A program made the position numbers and the translations under genes. A stretch of 64,000 nt of DNA from a virus (lineage: Duplodnaviria > Caudoviricetes). The stretch is from the IMG/VR virus record IMGVR_UViG_3300026161_000447, positions 1-64,000 of that record; one strand, written 5' to 3'. Below are positions 36,652 to 45,683 of the stretch, in pieces (positions within the stretch are counted from its first letter, which is position 1; each line of letters starts with the position of its first letter). Under the pieces are notes generated by a model that was not told the DNA's origin, did no database searches, and saw only the letters and a program-made list of their open reading frames with translations.

Positions 36652-37469
36652 GCCGCTCTCCTACTCTGCCCCGCAGGGCAGGCGTCTTTGAAGTCACAGT
36701 AGTTGCAGCCATAGCGGTTGTTGGTGTTGGGCGGGAAGTCGCCGCGGGCGATGGCCGCCGCCACCGGCAGCACCACACTCTCAATCACCTGCTGGTTGAA
36801 GAGGTCATCACGCACGGTCCGGACCGCCTTCCGCAGACCCACGCCCACGATCTCCATGGCGTCCTCCGGCTTGCCGAACATCTGCCGGTAGGCCCACGAG
36901 TAGAGCGTGAGCTGCAGGTCACTGTCCATGTCGCGCGGGAGGTGCTTGCCGCTCTTGCAGTCGCTGACGACCGTCAGTCCCTGGTGGCGATAGAGCCGGT
37001 CCCACGTGCCCTGGAGCTCTATGTCCGTCCCGGGGACCGTCTGCCGCCAGCGCTCCTCGGTGGCAATCGAGATCTGTCCCTCCTGCCACCGCAGATACCA
37101 TGGCAGGCCCCGCGTGGCGAGCGTCTCGACGCGGCTAATCGCCTCCCCACGCCCGTTCCGCCGCGTGTGGGGCGCCACCCGCACCCACAGGTCCCGCAGT
37201 AGCTGCCCGGCCTCGGCGGCGTCGTCGGGCGTCCACCGCTCGGCGTGGGCCTTGCGCAGCACCTCGTGCACGCATGACCCGACGAGCATTGCCGGTGACT
37301 TTGGAACCTCGATCTTTGCCACGTACTGAAGTTCGTAGGACTTTGGGCAGTCACGATAGGTGTCGATCTTGCTGGCGCCGAGGATGTCGCTCTCGGTGTG
37401 GTAGGTGTGGATCATGCCCTCGACGGCCTGGCTAAGCTCCATCTCGTAGGTGGCGGTGGGTGGAGTCAT
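36648..37469 (-). CDS. RecB/Cas4-like PD-(D/E)xK exonuclease
   Basis: SKIDTYRDCP, GSCVHEVL, GTWDR, SDCKSG, QLTLY and CNYCDFKDAC (Fe-S-type cysteines). Confidence 0.85.
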   Translation of the reverse strand: MTPPTATYEMELSQAVEGMIHTYHTESDILGASKIDTYRDCPKSYELQYVAKIEVPKSPAMLVGSCVHEVLRKAHAERWTPDDAAEAGQLLRDLWVRVAPHTRRNGRGEAISRVETLATRGLPWYLRWQEGQISIATEERWRQTVPGTDIELQGTWDRLYRHQGLTVVSDCKSGKHLPRDMDSDLQLTLYSWAYRQMFGKPEDAMEIVGVGLRKAVRTVRDDLFNQQVIESVVLPVAAAIARGDFPPNTNNRYGCNYCDFKDACPAGQSRRAA

Positions 37470-37750
37470 GCCACCAGCCTCCGCTCCGCCTGGACAACCG
37501 CGGCCTCCGCCCTCTCACGCTCGAAGAGCAGCCTCTGCTCCTCCGCCGCCTCGAGCATGCGCTCCGCAAGCTCCCAGCCGTCGGCCGTCAGCCACCCCAG
37601 GTGGTGTGCCGTCTCGATCAGCCCCGGCGCCGACATCGTGGGCAGAGGCCTGCTCCGGAGGTCCGCCGGCCTCTCGGCCGTCGCCTTCCGGGCGCGGAGC
37701 ATCATAACCGCCAGCATCTCGTCGGTAGACACGGCGAGTGCACTCATCAT
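37466..37750 (-). CDS. Hypothetical protein
   Basis: ATGA coupling on both sides. Confidence 0.5.
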   Translation of the reverse strand: MMSALAVSTDEMLAVMMLRARKATAERPADLRSRPLPTMSAPGLIETAHHLGWLTADGWELAERMLEAAEEQRLLFERERAEAAVVQAERRLVA

Positions 37751-38202
37751 GCCGCCTCCACCAGGACCCGCCACTTGTCGCGCGGGTTGATCTCTGCGGC
37801 CGCCAGCTCGTCGCAGGTGAAGTACGCACAGTCAACCGCCAGCACAGCAGGAAGGTCGGCCGCGAGTGCCACCCAGGTCTCGGGGTTCTGCAGATCGGCG
37901 TTCGCCATGGATGCGGCGTGCCTGCCGTACCGCCGGTGGTCACGGACCTGCTCCCACACCCAGCCGTCGATGTCAAGGCGAAGCTTGAACCGCGTGAGCA
38001 TCCGCGTGCCGTAGGCCCTGAAAGTCCCGTGCTCGTCGAGGATCAGCTTGTCGATGCAGACCCACTCGATGTTGTGGGCGCCGGAGATCGGGCCGTAGTG
38101 GGCCGCATGGTCGGCGTCGGGGAGAAAAGACATCAGGACGGAATCGTCGAGTTCGTGGGGCAGGTGGTCAATGGCCGTGTTACGCAGTTCGTGCCAGTCC
38201 AC
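37747..38202 (-). CDS. Hypothetical protein (151 aa)
   Basis: Globular composition, operon-coupled. Confidence 0.6.
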   Translation of the reverse strand: MDWHELRNTAIDHLPHELDDSVLMSFLPDADHAAHYGPISGAHNIEWVCIDKLILDEHGTFRAYGTRMLTRFKLRLDIDGWVWEQVRDHRRYGRHAASMANADLQNPETWVALAADLPAVLAVDCAYFTCDELAAAEINPRDKWRVLVEAA

Positions 38203-38454
38203 GGCTGGTCACCACCTTGCTGTTGAGGTGCCGAGCGTAGCCGGCCATCGCCAATGACTCGAGGGCGCCGACAATCGCCCGCGTCTCAGGGGAGTCCGCA
38301 TCGCGGAGGATCCGCTGGCATTCGTCCGCGACGTCGTCTGCTGCCTCCGCCGGCGCCAGTCTGCCGAGGACGCCATCGAGCAGGACATCGAGGCAGCAGC
38401 AGTTGCCGTCTTGTGTTCGCGCGTGGTCCATGCTACAATCACCGCCGTTCTCTT

Positions 38455-38805
38455 CTATGCCGTAGCGTTGTCTCGGGCCCGCCCCGCCAGGCGGGCTCGC
38501 TGCTTTTCCGTCAAGACCAGCCCCGTCAGTGCGTTCAGCCTCTCGAGGTCATCTGTGTCGACCCCGGCCGTCGCCTGCTGAGCCAGCCACTCCGTGAACC
38601 GGACGATCTTGGTTGGCGACGGGCTCCGCATGATCTCCCGCCACTTGTGCAGCGTCAGCCTCAACATGAAGCGCTGACCCTGCAGCTCTCTCGCGCCATC
38701 GCGGATGATGTCCAGCGCCTCCTCCGCGGCGTCCCTTGTTACCGCCGCCCCCTTCGGCAGTTTGCCCCCGGACGTGCCGGGCTTCCACTGCCCCTTCACT
38801 CCCAC
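38455..38805 (-). CDS. Hypothetical protein (116 aa)
   Basis: GAGGAGG SD before GTG at 38805. Confidence 0.55.
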   Translation of the reverse strand: MGVKGQWKPGTSGGKLPKGAAVTRDAAEEALDIIRDGARELQGQRFMLRLTLHKWREIMRSPSPTKIVRFTEWLAQQATAGVDTDDLERLNALTGLVLTEKQRARLAGRARDNATA

Positions 38806-39587
38806 TTGCCTCCTCTCCACGACTCTCTGATCTGTTTCGACCGCTCCGCCCACTGACGGAGCCATTCCTCGTTGTCGCGCCGGATACGCTCGCGGCGCCT
38901 GTAGTCGGCTATCGTCCTCGCGATCCCCATTGTCATCAGCAGAGCGGCCACAACCCACAGCATCTACCCCACCACCCTCATGCCTTCGGATGTGACCTCC
39001 ACCGGTACGATGCGCGTGGTGTCCGGCAGGGAGAGCACGTCGACCAGCATCTGTCGCGCGCCCTGCATCTCCTGCACGCGGCTGAAGCTCGGCTCGGCGT
39101 CCAGCACCTGCAGGGAATGACGGTAGGGCTCCCAGGCGGCCCGCTGGATGTCAAGCAGCGTCGGCGTCGGCTGTTGCAGCGTCTGTGTCGTCGGCATCGG
39201 CCTCACCGTCCTCGATCACGGCGGCGGCGAAGGCCGCCGGCGCCAGGTTGCGGAACGCGCCGGCCACGAGGTCCGCCGAGGCCAGCCACTGCGCGCTCGT
39301 GTACTGGCCTACTACCCCGTCCGCCTTCTGTTCTTTCCGCAGTTCCATAGCTCTCACCGGTCTGTGTTTGCTGCGCCCCGGCCACGTGGAATAAGCCGGG
39401 GCGCCATGGTTGCAGTTCGGGTCCCCTCCCCTCACGCGCTGGTCCGACGGCTCGCAGTCATATGTCCCATCACCTGCCTCTCACTCCCGACGGACTCTGT
39501 GGAGGGGGCCGTCGCGGCCCCGCCTACGATCTGGTTCCACCTGGCCCCCTCCTGCGACGGTGCGTCACACGCCCCAGCGGGGGAGTA

Positions 39588-40280
39588 TCATCGAGTGGCG
39601 TCGGGCGCCTCCTGGCTCAGTTCGCGCGCCCTACCGACGAAGTAGCGGACCCAGCAATCCCTGCAATCGCCGTCGCCGCGGCCGCAGATGTCCCCGTCGG
39701 GCTCGCCGTAGCAGCCGTAGGACCGCTTCCCCTCCTCGGACAGTAGGTCTGCGTTGCGTGGGCAGGTGCTTGCCCACCTGCCATCAACAAGGTCTGCGAC
39801 GGCGATCCGCAGCGCCACCATGAACGTCGCCGCCTGCTCGCGGTGCCAGTCGCGGACCCCCTGTAGCATGGCCGACGTCGCCGGCAGTGTTCTCGCCAGC
39901 AGTTCGTCGAACGCCGCCCAGCCGTCACCTTGCGCGTCGTTGGCCTGCATCAGCAGGGACTGCCGCCAGCAGTCCACAGGGGTGCAGCCGCCCGCCGCGT
40001 GCTGCTCGCAGTCGTCGGCGTTGTCGTGTGGGCAGGGCTTGAGCCCAGCCAGGCCCTGGCAGGCCAGCTCCACGGCCCTTGCCAGCGTCTCGGCCGGCGG
40101 CGGCGTCTCCACGAGGCCCGCCACGTACTCAGGCGACTCAGAGACGAGCACGTAGTTCTTGCCGGAGTAGGTGATGCACGTCCCCTCGCTGTTCGTGATG
40201 CCCGCGATACTCGTGGCCAGGTCCAGCCTTTCCCAAGTCGGTTCGCCGGTGGTCTTTACCGTCAGCTTCGCGAGTCGCAT
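39588..40280 (-). CDS. Hypothetical Cys-rich protein with two similar Cys clusters
   Basis: CPHDNADDC..C..DCW and CPRN..C..C..C.DCW motifs. GGAGG SD. Confidence 0.65.
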   Translation of the reverse strand: MRLAKLTVKTTGEPTWERLDLATSIAGITNSEGTCITYSGKNYVLVSESPEYVAGLVETPPPAETLARAVELACQGLAGLKPCPHDNADDCEQHAAGGCTPVDCWRQSLLMQANDAQGDGWAAFDELLARTLPATSAMLQGVRDWHREQAATFMVALRIAVADLVDGRWASTCPRNADLLSEEGKRSYGCYGEPDGDICGRGDGDCRDCWVRYFVGRARELSQEAPDATR

Positions 40281-40312
40281 CGTTCGCCTCCGCGGGTAGG
40301 TGGTGGTGCTCG

Positions 40313-40361
40313 AAAAAGCCGGGCGGTGGGGCGCTGTTCCCTGTGGGAGACCACCGCCCGG
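40313..40361 (-). terminator. Intrinsic terminator in the early-left operon
   Basis: 11-bp stem CCGGGCGGTGG/CCACCGCCCGG followed by CTTTTT on the minus strand. Confidence 0.65.
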
Positions 40362-40568
40362 GCGCCCTTGGCAGCCCTGCTGATGCGTGGGGGGAGGGCA
40401 GGGTGCCGTTGGGCGACTTTGCCGGCCGCGGCCCTTGCCCGCGACCGGTGCGACAGGTTGTCAAGCCTCCGGCGGCGTGGACAGCCTGGCCAGTAGCTCA
40501 TCCGCGCTGAGGGCGATGTTGATGGACCGGAGCTTCTGGAGCTATCAGTAAGTGGCTATCAGACACCG

Positions 40569-40862
40569 TCAGTTGCTCCCTGCAGGTTCACCAGCAGCAC
40601 TGCCAGCGCATGGCGGCGCACATGCAGCAGCAATGATCTCCCCGTAGCGCTTCATGCTCTCCGCACTCGGGGCCCCGAGGAGGCGCTGCTTGACCTCCTC
40701 GCAGCTCTCCTCGGGGTCCACTCGCAGGCCTCCCTCCAGGAACACCCTGGCGCCTTGGATGCCGTCAGTGACCATCACTACCTGCGCCACCGCGATCAGA
40801 CATGGCCGGCCGTTGCTCGTCAGCTCCACAAACGGCTCGCTCCCGAATGGCCTCTGCATCAT
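40569..40862 (-). CDS. Hypothetical small beta-rich protein
   Basis: ATGA-coupled to the cro-like gene. Confidence 0.6.
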   Translation of the reverse strand: MMQRPFGSEPFVELTSNGRPCLIAVAQVVMVTDGIQGARVFLEGGLRVDPEESCEEVKQRLLGAPSAESMKRYGEIIAAACAPPCAGSAAGEPAGSN

Positions 40863-41137
40863 GCCGCCTCCTTGTCGTCTGTCTCCGGCTCCTGCCCCTC
40901 GCCCTGCCCGTCCCGCGCCGCCTCCGCCTCCCCGCGTAGTCGCGTGAACTCATCAGTACGGTCTGCCAGCATCTCGTCGATCGTCTTCAGAAGCTTCTCG
41001 GCTATCCACGCAGGCATCTCACGCCGTCCGCTCTCATACGTGGAGAGTGCGCTGTTGTGCATGTCGGCGGCATCTGCAAGGTCGCTCTGCTTGATACCGG
41101 CCGCCTCGCGCAGTCGCCTGAGCAACTCTCCGTTCAT
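40859..41137 (-). CDS. Cro-like XRE-family HTH regulator
   Basis: LRRLREAAGIKQSDLADAADMHNSALSTYESG. Divergent from the repressor. Confidence 0.85.
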   Translation of the reverse strand: MNGELLRRLREAAGIKQSDLADAADMHNSALSTYESGRREMPAWIAEKLLKTIDEMLADRTDEFTRLRGEAEAARDGQGEGQEPETDDKEAA

Positions 41138-41166
41138 TTAAGCAACCCTCCGTATCACTACCCGGC

Positions 41167-41195
41167 AGTATAGCAACCTTAGGTTGCCATGTCAA
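41167..41195 (-). promoter_or_regulatory. Lytic promoter with an operator palindrome in its spacer
   Basis: TTGACA (41195-41190), 17 nt, TATACT (41172-41167). The spacer contains GCAACC-TTA-GGTTGC (41173-41187). Confidence 0.8.
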
Positions 41196-41248
41196 CAACT
41201 TTTCTTCCCGCTTCTTTGCGGTCCATACTCTACCGCTTCGTCAATAGA

Positions 41249-41254
41249 TATAAT
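41249..41254 (+). promoter_or_regulatory. -10 box of the repressor promoter (probably a leaderless transcript)
   Basis: TATAAT ends 5 nt before the repressor ATG at 41260. No SD in between. Confidence 0.6.
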
Positions 41255-41259
41255 GGGGT

Positions 41260-42024
41260 ATGCGAACGCTTGGGAGGCGCATTGCAGGGGCGAGAATCGA
41301 GGCCGGGCTTTCTCAGGCGGAGCTTGGATCTGCGGCTGGCGGAGTGAGCGCGGCTGCCGTCTACAAGTGGGAAGCCGACAAGGCTGAGCCTGATCTGTCC
41401 AAACTCCGTAGCATCGCCAACGCCACCGGAAAGCCACTGTCATACTTCACAGAAGATACGGACCCCGATCAGTCCGCCGTGTCCATCGCCGGCGTGCCCG
41501 TCAGTGGCCCCGCCGACAAGCTCGCGGCCATCGTCGCCGCCCTCGATGCCCAGAAGGCCCGCGAACCCGACCTCAGCAAAGACCCGGCGATCGTCAACAG
41601 GCTGCGACCCAACGACCGCCACAAGGGCGCTCTCGATCTGCTGGACATCGTGGACCGCGGGGAGTTCGAAGCCAGGTTCAAGTTCGCCCTCGAGCCCCCC
41701 GAGGAGATCGCGCTCCGCACCGTCGGCCGCTCCGGCAAGGCCATCGAGACCGTCGAAGAAGCGATGGGGCTGGTCTTGCGCTGGCGGGGGGAGCGCCTGG
41801 GGCAGGCCCCGGACCTCGCGGGCCTGGAGCCCGGTGTGCTACTCCTGCTCGAAGACGACGGCCTCATCGCCGCCCTGGACATCACCGACCACGAGCAGGA
41901 TGCACTCCGCAGGGCGCGTTGCGGGGGCCTTGTAGCTACAGCGGACGCCGCCATTCTCCTCCTGCGCGCAATCCGAGCGGGGATACAGCGGGCACGGCAG
42001 GACCGTCAGGACACCGATGACTAG
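41260..42024 (+). CDS. CI-like XRE-family repressor
   Basis: LGRRIAGARIEAGLSQAELG...VYKWEADKAEP. No S24 peptidase motifs seen in the C-terminal part. Confidence 0.85.
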   Translation: MRTLGRRIAGARIEAGLSQAELGSAAGGVSAAAVYKWEADKAEPDLSKLRSIANATGKPLSYFTEDTDPDQSAVSIAGVPVSGPADKLAAIVAALDAQKAREPDLSKDPAIVNRLRPNDRHKGALDLLDIVDRGEFEARFKFALEPPEEIALRTVGRSGKAIETVEEAMGLVLRWRGERLGQAPDLAGLEPGVLLLLEDDGLIAALDITDHEQDALRRARCGGLVATADAAILLLRAIRAGIQRARQDRQDTDD

Positions 42025-42328
42025 CGGACGCACGACGGGGCCGATGCATTCCAACATTCCCACCTCCCGTGTTAACGCCGCTATAGAATACCATGAGCAA
42101 ATCCTGAGTTGTCTCGCGCAACAGACTCTTTACGTCATGCGAAAACCCCAGGGGATCACAACCGCAGCGATCCGCAAGCGCCTGGGCACCGACCTCTCGC
42201 CCGAGGAAGTCGTCTGGCTGCGCACCTACGACGGCGCCCCCTGCGACACACTGGACAAAGCCGTCAGCCTCGTCCTCCTCTGGCGCGAGTGGCAGCAGAT
42301 GGACAAGCAACGCCCAAGAAGGAAGTGA
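42017..42328 (+). CDS. Hypothetical protein co-transcribed with the repressor
   Basis: Overlaps the repressor stop. Confidence 0.5.
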   Translation: MTSGRTTGPMHSNIPTSRVNAAIEYHEQILSCLAQQTLYVMRKPQGITTAAIRKRLGTDLSPEEVVWLRTYDGAPCDTLDKAVSLVLLWREWQQMDKQRPRRK

Positions 42329-42329
42329 T

Positions 42330-42671
42330 ATGGTGAGCTCAGACCACCTGTCGTTCATGTTCACCAGAGCCGAAGAGACGCCATTGCTGCCTGCCAACGG
42401 GGCCTGGGGCGGCATCACACCAGATGGTATGGTCAGTGCCTGGTTCTTCATGGATTTCCCCGGGCTTCCCCTCGAACTTCGGGCTCCTGTAGCGGAGAGC
42501 GACGGTGCTCTGGTGCATCTGGCGTCGGCTCCGGAGAGCGACGAGCCCCCGCATATCGAGCGGCGTGTGATGTGCGCGCTCGTCATGTCGCCAGAGAAGG
42601 CGAGGGAGATCGGCGCATGGCTCATTCAGCAGGCGGAGGAGTCGGACGCTCGTCGGGAACAGCGGGAGTAG
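42330..42671 (+). CDS. Conserved-looking hypothetical protein (DUF3467-like, tentative)
   Basis: ANGAWGGITPDG and LVMSPEKAREIGAWL. Confidence 0.6.
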   Translation: MVSSDHLSFMFTRAEETPLLPANGAWGGITPDGMVSAWFFMDFPGLPLELRAPVAESDGALVHLASAPESDEPPHIERRVMCALVMSPEKAREIGAWLIQQAEESDARREQRE

Positions 42672-42739
42672 CCCAGCTATCCGTGGCATTGCGACGCCAG
42701 CCCACCGATGCTACAATCCCCCTCAAGCGCAGCGCCTCC

Positions 42740-43000
42740 ATGAGCCGGAGGCAATCACTGCCGACGAGGGGCGCCTTCAGCATGCCAACCACGTTCGTCG
42801 ACTACCTCGACATACCCGTCGTCGACCTGCGCAGCGACCTTCCAATCGCGCAGCTACTCGATGAAGTCACCACGTATGTCTGCGCACACCCCGGTGCTGC
42901 GCCCTCCGAGATCGCCTTCGCGCTGGATATCTCCTTCGACGATGCGGACCGCGCCGTGGCGGAGCTCGCGGACAGGGGGGTGCTGCGCCCTGGACTATGA
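42740..43000 (+). CDS. Small winged-helix protein
   Basis: HPGAAPSEIAFALDISFDDADRAVAELADRGVL. Confidence 0.55.
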   Translation: MSRRQSLPTRGAFSMPTTFVDYLDIPVVDLRSDLPIAQLLDEVTTYVCAHPGAAPSEIAFALDISFDDADRAVAELADRGVLRPGL

Positions 43001-43147
43001 ACACCTGCGCGACCGGGCAACATTCAAACGCGCCCCCCCGCAGACGAAGGCGAAGCCCCAGTCCGCACAGCAGACGCTCCTGGACGGTGACGACGAGACC
43101 CCCGACGGCTAGCCCAATCAGCCTCCACAACAGAGTAGAGCAAAGAC

Positions 43148-43174
43148 AGAGCACCGGCTAACCACCGGTGCTCT
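43148..43174 (+). terminator. Terminator closing the immunity operon
   Basis: 10-bp stem AGAGCACCGG/CCGGTGCTCT followed by CTTCGTTT. Confidence 0.65.
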
Positions 43175-43210
43175 CTTCGTTTGGCGTCCACAGGTGCCAG
43201 AAATTAGTGC

Positions 43211-43240
43211 TTGACATTATTATATGAAATGGTTTATACT
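43211..43240 (+). promoter_or_regulatory. Strong AT-rich promoter for the rightward small-gene cluster
   Basis: TTGACA, 18-nt AT-rich spacer, TATACT, in an otherwise GC-rich genome. Confidence 0.75.
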
Positions 43241-43425
43241 ATAGGTAATGAAGCAGAGAGTACATTGACAAGCACGCAGCGCCCTCAACTCCCCCGCGAC
43301 GGGGCGCGCGGAATAGACGAGGAGGCGCGGCGGGCGAACCCGGCCGCATAAGACCTCGGACACACAACGGTATCTTCAACGTGGGGGCGTCCCCGGGCGC
43401 CCCCCACCCCCGAGGAGGGATCACC

Positions 43426-43650
43426 ATGCAGGGCGATGCATCTGCCGTCTACGAGGCTCCGGTGGGGCGGACGATGATGGGGCGTGTGGTCCAGTCCGCC
43501 CACGGGTACGAAGCACAGCTCGTCTGCCACGACCAGGTGGTAGAGCGGTGCCGGAACAACGTCAGGGAACGCAGAGCATTGACGCTTGACGAGGCCATGG
43601 CCCAGGTTGGTGCGTGGCATGAGCACGAGGTGCGATGCGGCCATGGATAG
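43426..43650 (+). CDS. Hypothetical protein
   Basis: GAGGAGG SD. First gene of the rightward cluster. Confidence 0.55.
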   Translation: MQGDASAVYEAPVGRTMMGRVVQSAHGYEAQLVCHDQVVERCRNNVRERRALTLDEAMAQVGAWHEHEVRCGHG

Positions 43651-43837
43651 CACAGCGAGGAGAGTCGAGCGCATCGCCATGGTGAGGGCCATGCGCGCAG
43701 ACTACTGCCCGCGGTGCAGGCACAAGGCGTGCGCGCACTTCCGGGCGACCGTCAAGCGGTCTCTGCGCAGAGCTCTCGCAGGTGGCGATCACACCCGGGG
43801 CCCGGTGATTGGCCGGGCCCCATCCAACGAGGGGTGA
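43643..43837 (+). CDS. Small Cys-cluster protein
   Basis: CPRCRHKACAH motif, GAGG SD. Confidence 0.45.
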   Translation: MDSTARRVERIAMVRAMRADYCPRCRHKACAHFRATVKRSLRRALAGGDHTRGPVIGRAPSNEG

Positions 43838-43842
43838 GGCCG

Positions 43843-44040
43843 ATGGAGGCGGCGTTGCAGGCAATCATCGACGAGGCAGTCTGGTGGCGCAACAAGGGCG
43901 GGGAGTTGGCGGCGGCTCGCGCCCTCGGGCTCTCCACGGGAGCCGTCGCAACCGCCCGTGCCCTCGGCCACCACGCACTCGCCTACGAAATGCAGAAGCG
44001 GTACGACGACACCACGGACCGACGGCAAACAAGGGAGTGA
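43843..44040 (+). CDS. Hypothetical protein
   Basis: SD-preceded ATG, operon-coupled. Confidence 0.5.
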   Translation: MEAALQAIIDEAVWWRNKGGELAAARALGLSTGAVATARALGHHALAYEMQKRYDDTTDRRQTRE

Positions 44041-44378
44041 TTGACGTGGCAGCCACGAAAGCGTGGGAGGTAGAGTTCGTGTGCCGTGAGGACGGCGATA
44101 TCCTCGCCGTCGCCGATCCGCACCCCGAGGACCCGCACACCATCGCCGTGTCCGACGAGGCGGAGAAGGCGGTCTTCGACAGTGCGCAGACTGCCAGGGT
44201 GGTGGCGGGCATCGCCGGAACCGTCCCCTACGCTGGCGTCTTCGTCGCCGGCGACGACGAGGAGCCGGATGTCCGCGCACTACTCGCGCGGTCGGTTGAC
44301 GTGCGGGGTTACGACGTTCAGCGTGCCACCCGCTACGACAGCGGCATCTTTGTGCCCAACGCATTCATCGACGCCTGA
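44037..44378 (+). CDS. Acidic hypothetical protein
   Basis: GTGA overlap with the previous gene. Confidence 0.55.
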   Translation: MIDVAATKAWEVEFVCREDGDILAVADPHPEDPHTIAVSDEAEKAVFDSAQTARVVAGIAGTVPYAGVFVAGDDEEPDVRALLARSVDVRGYDVQRATRYDSGIFVPNAFIDA

Positions 44379-44403
44379 CCGACACCGACAGGAGTGAGTT
44401 CAG

Positions 44404-44826
44404 GTGACAGCACAGGAACTCATAGATCGAGAGCGCGGCGCCGGAAAGCGCATGGTCGCCAAGCGCCCGGGTCGCTGCGAGCACTGGCCGATGCTCATCA
44501 GCCCCAGGCGCGCCGAAGCTGACCAGGAGCCCTGGCCGGCAATCAGGGCCACTTGCCACGCGCCGTTCGCCGCCGGCGACCAGATCGTCTGGTGCGGCGT
44601 GTGGCGCCAGGCCTTCACCCCCGCCGGCTGGGAGCTGGAGTGCATCCAGCGCGCGTTTGAAATGGCGTCCCCGGACACCGCGCCAGCCGACATGCTCGAG
44701 CCCGGCGCGGTCTTCGAGGGCGATGAGTGCATTACCCCCGAGCGGTCTGCCGAACTACGCGACGAGCTCCGCGCCATGTACATTGAGACTTGGCGCGGTC
44801 AACAGGAGACAGGAAATGGGAACTGA
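44404..44826 (+). CDS. Hypothetical protein with Cys/His motifs
   Basis: AGGAG SD. RPGRCEH...CH..FAAGDQIVW motif. Confidence 0.6.
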   Translation: MTAQELIDRERGAGKRMVAKRPGRCEHWPMLISPRRAEADQEPWPAIRATCHAPFAAGDQIVWCGVWRQAFTPAGWELECIQRAFEMASPDTAPADMLEPGAVFEGDECITPERSAELRDELRAMYIETWRGQQETGNGN

Positions 44827-45256
44827 CGCCGACGCCAAGACCGAGTTCCGCGCCGATGGCTCCACATGGACGTGTGAGCGCGAGGGAGGCCTGCTGGTGC
44901 GCATTGCCGGCACCTGCACCGACGAGAACATGGCGGACGTGCGCGACGAGATGCTCCGTCTCGTCGACGACGCGGTCGAGGTGCTGGAAGGGCGGTTCAT
45001 AGGCATCGACCGCGACTGCTACGAGAAGCCCGCGCTGTTGTGGCAGCACATGCTGCACGCCTGGCGGATGAGTGACTTCCCTGAGCCGCTCACCGTCCAG
45101 GACGTCGACGGCTACTCCAACCGCCTGGAGGACCGCGGCGTCGGCATGGTGGAGGGGGCGAAGACGCGCTGGGGGCGTGCCCACTGCATGTGGGTGGGCC
45201 TGTCCCCCGACCAGCAGGCTGCAATGGTGGCAGCATTCAACGCCATCAGAGACTGA
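44816..45256 (+). CDS. Hypothetical protein
   Basis: AGGAG SD, overlaps the previous stop. Confidence 0.6.
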   Translation: MGTDADAKTEFRADGSTWTCEREGGLLVRIAGTCTDENMADVRDEMLRLVDDAVEVLEGRFIGIDRDCYEKPALLWQHMLHAWRMSDFPEPLTVQDVDGYSNRLEDRGVGMVEGAKTRWGRAHCMWVGLSPDQQAAMVAAFNAIRD

Positions 45257-45343
45257 CAGGCTCCCCGGTCCGCATCACCGCGGACCGGGGTTGCGAGACA
45301 GGGCACAGAACAGCCCCCACGGGGGCAATGGGAGGCGGCAGGC

Positions 45344-45673
45344 ATGCCGACGACAGTCAAGGTCACGCGCAGGAGCCGCAACGTCGGGTTTGGCTGGACC
45401 AACGCTGTGGAGCAGACGCCATCAGGCCTTGTCGTCGCGGACTTCGACGAGCCCGACACTGTCGGCACACCGCGCCAGTGCGTGGAGGAGTACCTCCACG
45501 CGGCGAAGCTCAACTCCGGCAACGACTGGCGCCCGGCGTGGTTCGTCGGAGGTCGCCGAGTGGTCGCCGCCAACGGCAGCGCCATTGGCATCAGCAGTGC
45601 ATTCTGCGACCTCGTCGAGTTCCCGGACATGTGCGACGACATCGACGTGGAGCTGGAACACCCCGAAGTGTAG
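45344..45673 (+). CDS. Hypothetical protein (109 aa)
   Basis: GGAGG SD. Confidence 0.6.
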   Translation: MPTTVKVTRRSRNVGFGWTNAVEQTPSGLVVADFDEPDTVGTPRQCVEEYLHAAKLNSGNDWRPAWFVGGRRVVAANGSAIGISSAFCDLVEFPDMCDDIDVELEHPEV

Positions 45674-45683
45674 GAGGAGAGCC

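Noticed and set aside
36648-37469. Cas4-like gene as evidence of a CRISPR system
   Set aside because: No repeat-spacer array or other cas genes in the window. The context is a phage recombination operon.
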